Of a stretch of 64,000 nt of DNA, positions 1-10,004 are shown one piece after another. How positions within the stretch are numbered: position 1 is the stretch's first letter; each line of letters begins with the position of its first letter. Source of the stretch: Enterobacteria phage vB_EcoM_IME341. The notes under the pieces were generated by a model. That model was given only the letters and a program-made list of their open reading frames with translations. It searched no databases and was not told where the DNA came from. A program made the position numbers and the translations under genes. The stretch lies in the sequence record MH051917, one strand, 5' to 3'.

Positions 1-202
1 TGCATCAGCTAACACGTATTATGACCCACAGATTTTTCCAAAAGGAAAAGTTCCGATGTCTGTAATGCTTGATGACCTGCTATATTTCTGGTATTATGGC
101 GGAAAAAATCTCTATTATCACAATACCCGTGATGGTTCTGGTACTGACGATTACGAAATCGAAACTCCTAAAGCCGACGATTGTGCAGCATGTAAGCTTT
201 AA
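1..202 (+). CDS. nrdA: Ribonucleotide reductase large subunit NrdA, C-terminal fragment (5' end outside window)
   Basis: Open frame from the window edge translates to ...YYDPQIFPKGKVPMSVMLDDLLYFWYYGGKNLYYHNTRDGSGTDDYEIETPKADDCAACKL*, matching the class Ia NrdA C-terminal tail with its Cys pair; lies directly upstream of nrdB as in T4. Confidence 0.85.
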   Translation, partial: ASANTYYDPQIFPKGKVPMSVMLDDLLYFWYYGGKNLYYHNTRDGSGTDDYEIETPKADDCAACKL

Positions 203-225
203 TAAAATCTGATTATAATTGACTC

Positions 226-1395
226 ATGGATGAGTCACTAACAAATGAGAATAATATGTCTACAGTTTTTAATACCACCCCAGTTGATGTTTTAGTCGAA
301 CCGATGTTCTTTGGTTCAGGATTGGGTATTGCTCGTTATGATATCCAACGTCATAAAGTATTCGAAGAGCTTTGTGAAAAGCAGTTGAGTTTTTTCTGGC
401 GTCCAGAAGAAGTCAACTTGATGATGGATGCTGCTCAATTTAATAAGCTTCCACAGTTCCAACAAAATATTTTTACAAATAACCTGAAGTATCAATCACT
501 TCTGGATAGTATCCAAGGACGTGCTCCTTCTGCTGCACTCCAAGCCTTGATTTCAGACCCTAGCCTTGATACTTGGGTGGCAACATGGACCTTTAGTGAA
601 ACCATTCACTCTCGTTCATATACCCATATCATGCGTAACCTCTATACAGACCCATCTAAGGTATTTGATGAAATTCTGTTAGATGACGCTATCATGAAAC
701 GGGCTGAATCTATTGGTCGTTATTATGATGATGTCATTGAGAAAACTCGCCTTTATCAGAATGCTTTAGAAGAATATCATGAGTTTAGCGAAGGCGTAAA
801 ACAGGCCAAATACGAACTAATGCGTTCTCTTTATCTTTGCCTGCATGTAATCAACGCCCTAGAAGCTATTCGTTTTTATGTATCTTTTGCATGTACCTTT
901 AACTTCCATAAAAACATGGAAATCATGGAAGGTAATGCTAAGATTATGAAGTTCATTGCACGTGATGAACAGCTCCACCTTAAAGGCACCCAGTACATTA
1001 TTCGTCAGCTTCAACTTGGTACTGATGGCGACGAATGGGTTAAAATTGCTCAAGAGTGTGAACAGGAAGCGGTTGATATTTTCATGGAAGTTAACCGTCA
1101 AGAAAAAGAATGGGCCGCCCACCTGTTCAAAGATGGTACTTGCCCTGGATTAAATACTCAGAACATGGGTGCTTTTGTCGATTACCTGACAGTTTCTCGT
1201 ATGAAGCAATGTGGCTTACCGTGTCCTATTACTGATGCTCCTACTCGCCATCCTTATCCTTGGATTCGCGAATACCTGAACTCTGATGCTGTACAGGCTG
1301 CTCCTCAGGAAGTGGAAATCAGTTCTTACCTTGTAGCACAAATTGATAACGATGTTGATGAAAAAGTAATGGCATCGTACAAGAAATATTTTTAA
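226..1395 (+). CDS. nrdB: Ribonucleotide reductase small subunit NrdB, uninterrupted
   Basis: 389-aa ORF highly similar to remembered T4 NrdB (388 aa), including the iron-ligand region; the single continuous frame shows no intron. Confidence 0.95.
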   Translation: MDESLTNENNMSTVFNTTPVDVLVEPMFFGSGLGIARYDIQRHKVFEELCEKQLSFFWRPEEVNLMMDAAQFNKLPQFQQNIFTNNLKYQSLLDSIQGRAPSAALQALISDPSLDTWVATWTFSETIHSRSYTHIMRNLYTDPSKVFDEILLDDAIMKRAESIGRYYDDVIEKTRLYQNALEEYHEFSEGVKQAKYELMRSLYLCLHVINALEAIRFYVSFACTFNFHKNMEIMEGNAKIMKFIARDEQLHLKGTQYIIRQLQLGTDGDEWVKIAQECEQEAVDIFMEVNRQEKEWAAHLFKDGTCPGLNTQNMGAFVDYLTVSRMKQCGLPCPITDAPTRHPYPWIREYLNSDAVQAAPQEVEISSYLVAQIDNDVDEKVMASYKKYF

Positions 1396-1400
1396 GGAAT

Positions 1401-1414
1401 GGGGCTTCGGCCCC
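1401..1414 (+). other. GC hairpin (GGGGC-TTCG-GCCCC) in the nrdB-denA intercistronic space
   Basis: Perfect 5-bp GC stem with UUCG tetraloop 6 nt after the nrdB stop; no T-run, so more likely an RNA processing or stability element than a terminator. Confidence 0.5.
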
Positions 1415-1422
1415 TTATTGCT

Positions 1423-1836
1423 ATGAAAGAAATCGCAGACGAATTTAGCTTTATCAAGTACGTCACCCTAGAACTCCAAGATGACGCCACCATAGCTCCA
1501 CTCACAGTACCAAATAAACAAAATGTCATATATGCTATAGCGGTTGATGATATACTAGTCTACATCGGGAAGACTAAAAATCTTCGTAAGCGCATCAACT
1601 ACTACCGAACCGCTATTAATCGTAAGGACCAAACGTCAGATTCGACTAAGTCCATTCTGATTCATGAAGCATTAATGGCAGGTAAAAAGGTAGAGTTCTA
1701 TGCACGGCAGTGCTTTAATCTGTCGATGACTAACGAACTTGGAACTATGTCAGTTGAGACCATGTCTCTTGAAGAGCCAATGTTCATAAAGAAATTTAAT
1801 CCACCTTGGAATACCCAACATAGGATAAAGCAATGA
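1423..1836 (+). CDS. denA: Endonuclease II (DenA), GIY-YIG family
   Basis: Translation from the second Met (MKEIADEFSFIKY...VIYAIAVDDILVYIGKTKNLRKRINYYRTAINRKD...) carries a GIY-x9-YIG motif and matches remembered T4 EndoII in sequence, size and position between nrdB and rnlA. The track start at 1399 would place the first codons in a GC hairpin. Confidence 0.8.
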   Translation: MKEIADEFSFIKYVTLELQDDATIAPLTVPNKQNVIYAIAVDDILVYIGKTKNLRKRINYYRTAINRKDQTSDSTKSILIHEALMAGKKVEFYARQCFNLSMTNELGTMSVETMSLEEPMFIKKFNPPWNTQHRIKQ

Positions 1837-2981
1837 TTGAATTATATGATAACTTGATGGCCCTGGTTAAAAACTCGACTAAATCTAAGTTCTTCTTTAA
1901 AGACTTTCAGAGTGCGCTAGGAGTCAACTATCGCATCTTTAGTTATAACTATGCATCGTACAGTGATTGGTTGGAAGACGGCGCCCTAGAGTGTCGAGGC
2001 ATTATGTTTGAAATGGACGAGAATGGTCCGGTACGTATTGCTGCTCGTCCTATGCAAAAGTTCTTTAACCTCGACGAAAACCCTATGACTATCGGTCTGG
2101 ACTTGTCGCCAGAAAATATCGACCTCGTAATGGCTAAGGAAGATGGTTCTCTGATTTCTACATTCATGGACCGACAGTATCTTTCTGTTAAATCTAAAGG
2201 CTCTATCCATTCGTCAATGGTGCACGATTCTTTACGTTTCCTTCGTCTCCCTGAGAACGAGGCTTTTGCCGCACGTCTAGAAGAAATCACCAAAGCCGGG
2301 TATACCTGCAACCTTGAATATGTCGCACCTACCAACCGTATCGTGCTGGCTTACCAAGAAACGAACCTCATCCTGTTAAACGTTCGTAATAATGAAACAG
2401 GTGAGTATATTCCATATGCTGAACTGTTTAAGGACGGCGCGCTGCGTAAGCATTTGGTTGAAAGTTATGACCTCACCGAAGGTGATTTCGTAGAAAACAT
2501 CCGTAAACAAGAGGGTATTGAAGGTTTTATCTTTGTACTGAAAGATGGTACGTTCTTTAAACTCAAAACTGCATGGTACAGTGCACTGCATCATACCAAA
2601 GATTCCATTAACAATAACGAACGTTTGTTTGAAGTTGTAGTGGCGGGTGGAACTGATGACCTTCGTGGTCTGTTCAGTACAGATTCGTTTGCTATCGAGA
2701 AAATCGATGCCTTCGAACGTATCCATTTAGATTACTTAGAACAATCATTGGCTTTGTTGGAAGCAGCTTACTCTCAACTCAAGGGCCGCGACCGTAAAGA
2801 CTACGCTGTTACTGGACAGCTAATCCTTAAGGACTTCCCAGGGTTGTTCTCTATTCTTATGCAGGCGTACGTAGGCGGTATTAATTATGATACGGTTGTA
2901 GACCAGATTAACTCTGTGTTCTTGAAAAACCATAAAGCCCAAATCCCTGAAAAATATTTGAAAGAAATTGCGGTAGAGTAG
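1833..2981 (+). CDS. rnlA: RNA ligase 1 (gene 63)
   Basis: 382 aa; strong similarity to T4 Rnl1 (e.g. YRIFSYNYASYSDWLEDGALECRGIMFEMDENGPVRIAARPMQKFFNL, KEDGSL lysine-adenylation motif, FVAPTNRIVLAYQE); ATGA overlap with the denA stop. Confidence 0.95.
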   Translation: MIELYDNLMALVKNSTKSKFFFKDFQSALGVNYRIFSYNYASYSDWLEDGALECRGIMFEMDENGPVRIAARPMQKFFNLDENPMTIGLDLSPENIDLVMAKEDGSLISTFMDRQYLSVKSKGSIHSSMVHDSLRFLRLPENEAFAARLEEITKAGYTCNLEYVAPTNRIVLAYQETNLILLNVRNNETGEYIPYAELFKDGALRKHLVESYDLTEGDFVENIRKQEGIEGFIFVLKDGTFFKLKTAWYSALHHTKDSINNNERLFEVVVAGGTDDLRGLFSTDSFAIEKIDAFERIHLDYLEQSLALLEAAYSQLKGRDRKDYAVTGQLILKDFPGLFSILMQAYVGGINYDTVVDQINSVFLKNHKAQIPEKYLKEIAVE

Positions 2982-3009
2982 TTTACATCTCCTCATGATG
3001 TGTTAGTAT
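2981..3009 (+). promoter_or_regulatory. Early (sigma70-type) promoter upstream of the Alc-sized ORF
   Basis: GTTTAC -35, 17-nt spacer, TAGTAT -10, followed by a CATGAGGAG leader. Confidence 0.5.
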
Positions 3010-3039
3010 AGACTTACCAACTAATGAGGAGAAAACAAA

Positions 3040-3540
3040 ATGAATATGCAAATGATTACTAACGAAATGGTTGTTAAGGCTTTTGGTGACTCTACTGACG
3101 GTATCCAAGTTTTTAAAGGTTCTCGTGCAGTAGGTTACCTGACCGATCTTCGTGTTACTTTAGCTAAAAATGCTAAAAAGAAAATCAAGCAAAAAGAATA
3201 CTCTACCCGTTATGCAGAAGAAAAGCGTGAAGCCATGCCTGAAGCTGTTAACTCTATGGTTGAGTTTCTCCAAAACAACCTTTCCAAGTACGATGCCGAG
3301 GTATTCATTAATATTAGCCAACCTAATGTTAAAATCTCAGGCATCACTTTCTATTTGATTTGTGACCCATTAAGCGACAAGTTTAATCGCCTTGGCATTT
3401 CAAGTCCTTACCATACCGCTGAAGAATTATGTTTTATGTTCGAAACGTACAAAATTCAGTGCGAAAATCCTAAAACGGTTCTTATTAATTCCCTGTCACG
3501 TGATGACATCATCGAGATTATTACCAAATGTCTAAATTAA
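3040..3540 (+). CDS. Hypothetical early protein; candidate Alc homologue by position and size only
   Basis: 166-aa ORF with GAGGAG Shine-Dalgarno immediately after rnlA; T4 has the 167-aa alc gene at this position. I cannot verify sequence similarity from memory. Confidence 0.5.
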   Translation: MNMQMITNEMVVKAFGDSTDGIQVFKGSRAVGYLTDLRVTLAKNAKKKIKQKEYSTRYAEEKREAMPEAVNSMVEFLQNNLSKYDAEVFINISQPNVKISGITFYLICDPLSDKFNRLGISSPYHTAEELCFMFETYKIQCENPKTVLINSLSRDDIIEIITKCLN

Positions 3541-3881
3541 GTATTTACCTTTTAGCTGGAGCCATTGCAGTAGGTGCTTACGGTTTTATTTCGTATCAAT
3601 CAAGTCGTATTGATACCCTTACTGAAGAACTGAAAACTACCCAGCAAACGGCCAAACAGAATGCCGAAGCCGTGGATGACCTACGTGGCCAATACTCGGA
3701 TATTGAATTCCGCACTACTGAAATGAATGCCCGATTGGATAAAATTAAGGTAGAAAATGAAAAGCTCCGTAAAGATTCGAAGAAGGCGCACGTGGTGGCA
3801 AGTAAGCCAGGACTGGTCGAAAAACAAATCAACAAGTCCTTCGATTCCTTTACAGAAGACTTCAGGAGCATTACAGAATGA
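3528..3881 (+). CDS. i-spanin (Rz-like, T4 PseT.3 equivalent)
   Basis: 117 aa; N-terminal transmembrane helix (LSIYLLAGAIAVGAYGFISY) followed by a charged coiled-coil periplasmic domain; immediately precedes a lipoprotein ORF. Confidence 0.75.
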   Translation: MSKLSIYLLAGAIAVGAYGFISYQSSRIDTLTEELKTTQQTAKQNAEAVDDLRGQYSDIEFRTTEMNARLDKIKVENEKLRKDSKKAHVVASKPGLVEKQINKSFDSFTEDFRSITE

Positions 3882-4168
3882 TTAAATTATCTGTAGTAGT
3901 ATTATCTATTGGCATGTTAGTTGGATGTGCCCAGGACATCCCTGTAGTGCCTAAGCAACAACTGCATCCTTCATGGCCACAACCTATTGCCGAACATAAT
4001 GTTAAGTGGCAGGTTAAGGTAATCGACGGTAAGGCCTGGGTTGGAATGCCGTTTGAAGATTCCCAAGAACATCGTATTTGGTTGAATGACGTAAAAAGAT
4101 ATGTACAAGACCAGAAATCTATGTTATGTTATTATCGTTCCGGGTTAAAAGAGGAGAAGTGCAAATGA
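3878..4168 (+). CDS. o-spanin (Rz1-like outer-membrane lipoprotein, T4 PseT.2 equivalent)
   Basis: 96 aa; signal peptide with lipobox (SIGMLVGC|AQ), proline-rich mature region; ATGA overlap with the i-spanin stop. Confidence 0.75.
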   Translation: MIKLSVVVLSIGMLVGCAQDIPVVPKQQLHPSWPQPIAEHNVKWQVKVIDGKAWVGMPFEDSQEHRIWLNDVKRYVQDQKSMLCYYRSGLKEEKCK

Positions 4169-4269
4169 TTGAGTGTAGTCTTGGTTGGGATGCCGTTAGA
4201 TTAGCTATCGCATTCTTTTGCTTCGGGATTGCGTTCAGTATGTGTATTGATGGTCTTTTTGGAAAGTAG
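4165..4269 (+). CDS. Possible 34-aa hydrophobic peptide translationally coupled to the o-spanin
   Basis: ATG overlaps the o-spanin stop (ATGA); MIECSLGWDAVRLAIAFFCFGIAFSMCIDGLFGK has one predicted transmembrane segment. Below the ORF-track size cutoff. Confidence 0.3.
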   Translation: MIECSLGWDAVRLAIAFFCFGIAFSMCIDGLFGK

Positions 4270-4298
4270 TTTACAAACTCTTGGGAGCAGAGTATAAT
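4269..4298 (+). promoter_or_regulatory. Early promoter, canonical T4 type
   Basis: GTTTAC-N17-gTATAAT. Confidence 0.65.
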
Positions 4299-4333
4299 GC
4301 TCCTACGGATTATAAAAAATTGAGGAAATTATT

Positions 4334-4812
4334 ATGACTTTACGTGATAACAGTTTTGTGGCTAAGCCTGAATACATTTCAGGTGTTAAATCTCCTGCAT
4401 TACAAAAGCTCCTTAAGCTAGGGTCCTGTGCAAGTACACCACTTGAAAAGAAGGCAACTTTCGATTTTGCTTGGGCTATGGTAGACGGTATTGATGTAGT
4501 AAGACAGGTAACTTTTTATGCTCCAGGGTCTATTGAGCCTTCGCAGATTATTAATTTGGATGGAAGTAATTATATTACCATCCAACAATGGTATCGTATG
4601 ATGCGCCCGGTTTGGGAATACCCTGAATTCGTTGAAGAATATAATGAAAAAGAACGTATTCGTGAATTGGTGAAAAGTTTTGAATATGCGGCTAAACGCC
4701 ATGGTCAAATGCAATCCGCAGTAACCCTTGGCGATGTTCCTGAAAGTGTTGCTTACGAATCAGGTAAAACCCTTAAAACTTGCCGTGAAGAACTTTATAA
4801 GGAACTTGGCGT

Positions 4813-4816
<4 letters not shown>
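4334..4816 (+). CDS. Hypothetical early protein (pseT.1-region ORF)
   Basis: 160-aa ORF downstream of a canonical early promoter (GTTTAC-N17-TATAAT at about 4269-4298) with an AGGAAA Shine-Dalgarno. Confidence 0.6.
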
Positions 4817-6016
<1,200 letters not shown>

Positions 6017-6017
<1 letters not shown>

Positions 6018-6214
6018 TGAATAATATCGAAAAGATTTTTCGTACAATCGAAGAAATTGAAAAACGTAAATGCTTTTTCTTCGGCGTATGGCCTTTAACT
6101 GATGGACGTATTGGCCTGGATGTTATGGACTATAAAGATGAAGACAAGGTCGATGGTGGTATTTTTAAATCCGCTCCTGAACTCCTTGCCTTCTTGGAAG
6201 AACATTATGTATAA
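6017..6214 (+). CDS. Hypothetical small protein (cd.x-region ORF)
   Basis: ATG overlaps the pseT stop (TAATG); 65 aa from the internal Met of track ORF 5987..6214. Confidence 0.45.
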
Positions 6215-6422
6215 CAAACACCATGAAGTTGAAGAAGAAGCTTATAAAGAGCTTCAGAAACTGGTAGGTCAGAATATGTCTCCTACCCTCATTAACTCAC
6301 TAGCGGCCCTTCGTAATGACCTCAACGAACGTTACAAAGGCGAGTACTATGTTGAGTTTGTTCCTCTGACTGAAGTCGTTGACCGGTTTATTGTTAACGT
6401 GAAGGTCCATACAGTACACTGA
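6207..6422 (+). CDS. Hypothetical small protein
   Basis: Internal ATG of track ORF 6102..6422 positioned at the upstream stop; 71 aa. Confidence 0.45.
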   Translation: MYNKHHEVEEEAYKELQKLVGQNMSPTLINSLAALRNDLNERYKGEYYVEFVPLTEVVDRFIVNVKVHTVH

Positions 6423-6429
6423 GGTAATT

Positions 6430-6708
6430 ATGTTCCCCACTTATTCTCAAATTGTTAAAACCGTTTTTAGTCAGATTGTATCTGATTATCTATACGAAAC
6501 CGTCGACGTGTCGACTGAACTAAAAGTGCACGGACGTTTGTCTGCTATTCTGGAAATCATGTTCCCAGATGCAGTTGATGCAATCACTGTTCAACTCACG
6601 CCTGGTGCAGCATTTGCAATTGTTCCATTTAAAATTGATAACCACATTTTGGCTATTTCATGCAAAATGGACTTCCAGAAACAAACGGTAGTTGTCGAAG
6701 CAATTTAA
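6430..6708 (+). CDS. Hypothetical protein
   Basis: 92-aa ORF, tightly packed, GAGG upstream. Confidence 0.5.
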   Translation: MFPTYSQIVKTVFSQIVSDYLYETVDVSTELKVHGRLSAILEIMFPDAVDAITVQLTPGAAFAIVPFKIDNHILAISCKMDFQKQTVVVEAI

Positions 6709-6710
6709 GT

Positions 6711-6740
6711 GTTTACTTTCACCAAGGACGGTGATATGAT
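6711..6740 (+). promoter_or_regulatory. Early promoter-like element
   Basis: GTTTAC-N17-aTATGAT upstream of ORF 6771. Confidence 0.45.
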
Positions 6741-6770
6741 GACCTTACCGAAACAAATGAGGAAATCGAA

Positions 6771-7325
6771 ATGAGTAAGTTCTTTGAAGAGCGTAAGTTT
6801 TACAAGTTCGTTGGTGAATACACTAAAAACAAATTCACTAATAACGGTGCTTATGGCCTCAATACAGCTTTTGCTAAGTATGTGGGTATGAATCCGTTTG
6901 AAGTTGAAATTGATTACCATAATGGGCGTGAACGTGTAAGCCGAATTCGCGTATATGACGAGATGATGTTTGTCGACCCGAGCAAAATGACAGGTAATCC
7001 TGACGATGCAAATAGTGTTCTTTTTAATTCAGCGGGCTTTTTTAGCCATGAATTCGAATACTTTATCGAAGTGGTAGACCCTAAAGAAGTGCAGTTAGTT
7101 TTCCAGAACCCTGAAATCAAACCTATTAAAACTCCAGCCGATTGGAAAGTGCTTATTGTTAAAAATGGTAAGATTGAAGTTCATTCTCGCCATAACACAA
7201 AGGAACAAGCCGATCGTCAGGCTGAAGAGCTTTTGACCAGTTCGTTCCAACAAGTGTGTTATATTGTTAAAGGCGATGTTACCCAAGCTACCACTACCAA
7301 ACAACTTAAGTTGGAGACAATCTAA
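6771..7325 (+). CDS. Hypothetical protein
   Basis: 184-aa ORF with GAGGAAA Shine-Dalgarno; an early promoter-like GTTTAC-N17-TATGAT lies at about 6711-6740. Confidence 0.6.
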   Translation: MSKFFEERKFYKFVGEYTKNKFTNNGAYGLNTAFAKYVGMNPFEVEIDYHNGRERVSRIRVYDEMMFVDPSKMTGNPDDANSVLFNSAGFFSHEFEYFIEVVDPKEVQLVFQNPEIKPIKTPADWKVLIVKNGKIEVHSRHNTKEQADRQAEELLTSSFQQVCYIVKGDVTQATTTKQLKLETI

Positions 7326-7561
7326 TGCTGAGCGAAAACCCTATTACTGTAGAGCAGTTCCACGTTAAAGTTAAAGAATTTGCTCAGGCCCTGATTAATA
7401 AGGTTTCTGTACGTTTTCCTGATGCAACTCTGCGAGTAATTCAGGAATCACCGCGTGCGGTATTGGTTATCGTTAATCCTAAAGACGGCGACCAGATTAC
7501 CCAATTGAAACTTGGTTCTGATGGTCTGGTCGAAGCACAGCGGGTTTATATTGATGCTTAA
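7325..7561 (+). CDS. Hypothetical protein
   Basis: 78-aa ORF; start overlaps the upstream stop (TAATG). Confidence 0.5.
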   Translation: MLSENPITVEQFHVKVKEFAQALINKVSVRFPDATLRVIQESPRAVLVIVNPKDGDQITQLKLGSDGLVEAQRVYIDA

Positions 7562-7892
7562 TTTAAAACTAGCAGTTAATGCCACCTTACAATCTGACGA
7601 AGACGGAGACCATCGAGGTCTCTCTGAAAAGGCTACTCAGTACATCAAAGACCTTTTTAAACTGAGTGAAGATTTCCAAAGCATCCATACTTCAACATAT
7701 GATGCTGTGCTGGCTACTGTTCTTCCGGTTGAAATTGGTGATCGAATTCCGGCGGCGGTATTTTTCGATAAACAAAAACGCTTCCCAGACGGTTATGGTA
7801 TATTAACCTCACGTGTGAAATCTATCACTAAACTTCGTACCGATTTATATCGTGTCGAAACCAATAATACAGCTTATCTAGTGGTGATGTAA
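7554..7892 (+). CDS. Hypothetical protein
   Basis: Internal ATG of track ORF 7512..7892 overlapping the upstream stop; about 112 aa; ends at the cd start. Confidence 0.45.
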   Translation: MLNLKLAVNATLQSDEDGDHRGLSEKATQYIKDLFKLSEDFQSIHTSTYDAVLATVLPVEIGDRIPAAVFFDKQKRFPDGYGILTSRVKSITKLRTDLYRVETNNTAYLVVM

Positions 7893-8437
7893 TGAAAGCA
7901 AGCACATACCTTCAGATTGCATATCTGATTTCTCAAGAATCAAAATGTTGTTCATGGAAAGTGGGTGCGGTTATCGAAAAGAATGGTCGCATTATCTCTA
8001 CAGGCTATAACGGTTCACCGTCTGGTGGTGTTAACTGTTGTGACCACGCTGTAGAACAGGACTGGACTCGTGTTGTGTATGACCCAGCTCGAATGTCGCA
8101 TAAATCCGTTCTTCTTAAAGAACACCGTATGGCTCACGCTGCATGGTCATCTAAAAATGAAATCCATGCTGAACTGAATGCTATTTTGTTTGCAGCTCGT
8201 ACCGGAAGTTCTATTGATGGCGCTACGATGTACGTGACGTTATCTCCGTGCGCTGATTGTGCTAAGTCTATTGCGCAGTCTGGAATTAAAACATTGGTTT
8301 ATGCTGAGCTCTATGACCGAAATCCTGAAGGTTGGGACGATATCCTCCGTGAATCAGGCATCGAAGTTATCCAGTATAATCGTACAGGGCTCCGTTCTTT
8401 GAACTGGGAATCAATTCAAAACTATTGTGGTGAATAA
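7892..8437 (+). CDS. cd: dCMP deaminase
   Basis: 181 aa, close match to T4 Cd: zinc-binding HAELNAI and SPCADCA motifs; N-terminal MKASTYLQIAYLISQESKCCSWKVGAVIEKNGRIISTGYNG. Confidence 0.95.
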   Translation: MKASTYLQIAYLISQESKCCSWKVGAVIEKNGRIISTGYNGSPSGGVNCCDHAVEQDWTRVVYDPARMSHKSVLLKEHRMAHAAWSSKNEIHAELNAILFAARTGSSIDGATMYVTLSPCADCAKSIAQSGIKTLVYAELYDRNPEGWDDILRESGIEVIQYNRTGLRSLNWESIQNYCGE

Positions 8438-8670
8438 TGAAATTTCGTCTAGTTAAGTTTTCAGGTCTGAACTCAAAAGGTGAAAACCTGGTAGCCTATT
8501 CAGTAGAATACAAAAAGTACTTTTTCTCTCGATGGAAATCGTACTATAAATCCGAGTGGGTTTATGCCAACATGAATTACAAAACAGTACCTATTCTTGA
8601 AAATTGCCATAGTCTATTAAGAGCTCTAAAAGAGCGTAATGCAACCACTATTAAAACTATTCTGGAATAA
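8437..8670 (+). CDS. Hypothetical protein (31.2-position ORF)
   Basis: 77-aa ORF; TAATG overlap with the cd stop. Confidence 0.5.
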   Translation: MKFRLVKFSGLNSKGENLVAYSVEYKKYFFSRWKSYYKSEWVYANMNYKTVPILENCHSLLRALKERNATTIKTILE

Positions 8671-8672
8671 TT

Positions 8673-8972
8673 ATGATTTTAACTGAACAAGAAACAATTC
8701 GTCTCCGTGAAAAAGTCAAGACTATTTTGTCTGTTGGTTTTCACGAAGTCCTGTTTGAAAAAGCCGATGGTAGTGCCCGTCGTATGACTTGCACACGTGA
8801 CTTAGACCTGCTGCCGTATAAAGAAGTCCAGGCCCCTGGGCCAGAAGCCAATAAAGAACCTGTTAATTATATCAGAGTATTTGATACCAAGGCCAATGAT
8901 TGGCGCTCATTCCGTTTCGATAAGCTGATTTCTGTTAACGGCCTTCAGTCCGAAACTCTGCTTGTCCTGTAA
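8673..8972 (+). CDS. Hypothetical protein (31.1-position ORF)
   Basis: 99-aa ORF immediately downstream. Confidence 0.5.
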   Translation: MILTEQETIRLREKVKTILSVGFHEVLFEKADGSARRMTCTRDLDLLPYKEVQAPGPEANKEPVNYIRVFDTKANDWRSFRFDKLISVNGLQSETLLVL

Positions 8973-9030
8973 TATGCTTTAAGAATAGCGTGTTATTATT
9001 AATCTATCAACAAAACAATATGGATTAAAT

Positions 9031-9354
9031 ATGGAACTTCCTATTAAAGCGGTCGGAGAATATGTTATTCTCGTTTCCGAACCAAAACAAGCTGGTGATG
9101 AAGAAACTACTGCATCTGGTATCGTTATTGGTAAACTTCACCAAGGTGAAATCCCTGAACTTTGTGAAATTTATTCTGTAGGACCTGATGTCCCTGAAGG
9201 TTTTTGTGAAGTAGGCGATTTGACTCCACTTCCTGTTGGTAAGATTGCTAACGTGCCTCATCCGTTGGTTGCATTGGGTATTAAGCAGCCTAAAGAAATT
9301 AAACAGAAATTCGTTACCTGCCACTATAAAGCAATTCCTTGCTTGTATAAATAA
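9031..9354 (+). CDS. 31: Gp31 co-chaperonin (GroES-like) for capsid protein folding
   Basis: 107 aa; near-identical to T4 gp31 over [22 protein letters not shown]...PELC...[21 protein letters not shown]...[32 protein letters not shown]. Confidence 0.95.
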   Translation: MELPIKAVGEYVILVSEPKQAGDEETTASGIVIGKLHQGEIPELCEIYSVGPDVPEGFCEVGDLTPLPVGKIANVPHPLVALGIKQPKEIKQKFVTCHYKAIPCLYK

Positions 9355-9492
9355 AATTACGAAGAGGTTGATGTCATACAGAACTTCGGTTGGTGTATGG
9401 GGTTAGCCTCTTCCATACGGCGAGATACAACTCAGCTGGAAATACTGAGACGAACGTGCTCGCCAATCTTTATCTCGAATTGAGAAGCTAAA

Positions 9493-9741
9493 ATGAACAA
9501 ACAACTGAATCACGCTCTTGAACTGCAACGCAACGCTTGGAACAACGGTCACGAAAACTACGGCGCATCTATTGATGTTGAAGCCGAAGCACTGGAAATC
9601 CTGCGTTATTTCAAACATCTGAATCCGGCTCAGGCTGCTTTGGCTGCTGAACTGGAAGCTAAAGATGAACTGAAATTTGCTAAGCCTTTGGCTTCAGCAG
9701 CTCGTAAAGCAGTACGTCATTTTATTATTACCCTGAAGTAA
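9493..9741 (+). CDS. rIII: rIII lysis-inhibition accessory protein
   Basis: 82 aa; matches remembered T4 RIII (MNKQLNHALELQRNAWNNGHENYGASIDVEAEALEILRYFKHLNPAQ...). Confidence 0.85.
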   Translation: MNKQLNHALELQRNAWNNGHENYGASIDVEAEALEILRYFKHLNPAQAALAAELEAKDELKFAKPLASAARKAVRHFIITLK

Positions 9742-10004
9742 AATCGAGGAGCCGTCGAATTGTCTGATTATCGATTTACGAATCGGTATGTTTTAGAAGT
9801 ACCGCCCCGACAATTTTACGGTGTACCTCTTGAATGTATTTTGTACTATCACGCGTCAGAAAAAGGTTATCTGTCTAAGCCGTGGTTGGTATGATGACGA
9901 GGTTTATGGTTATCCTGTCGTTAAATATCCGAAACCTATGTTCCCCTTGAGGGCTTGCGCAGGCAACGCCAATAAGTCCTGCATTCTAATTTAAGAGATT
10001 TAAA

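Noticed and set aside
1399-1422. Upstream start of denA (MGLRPLIA...)
   Set aside because: These codons are the GGGGC-TTCG-GCCCC hairpin; T4 EndoII starts at the MKEIA... Met.
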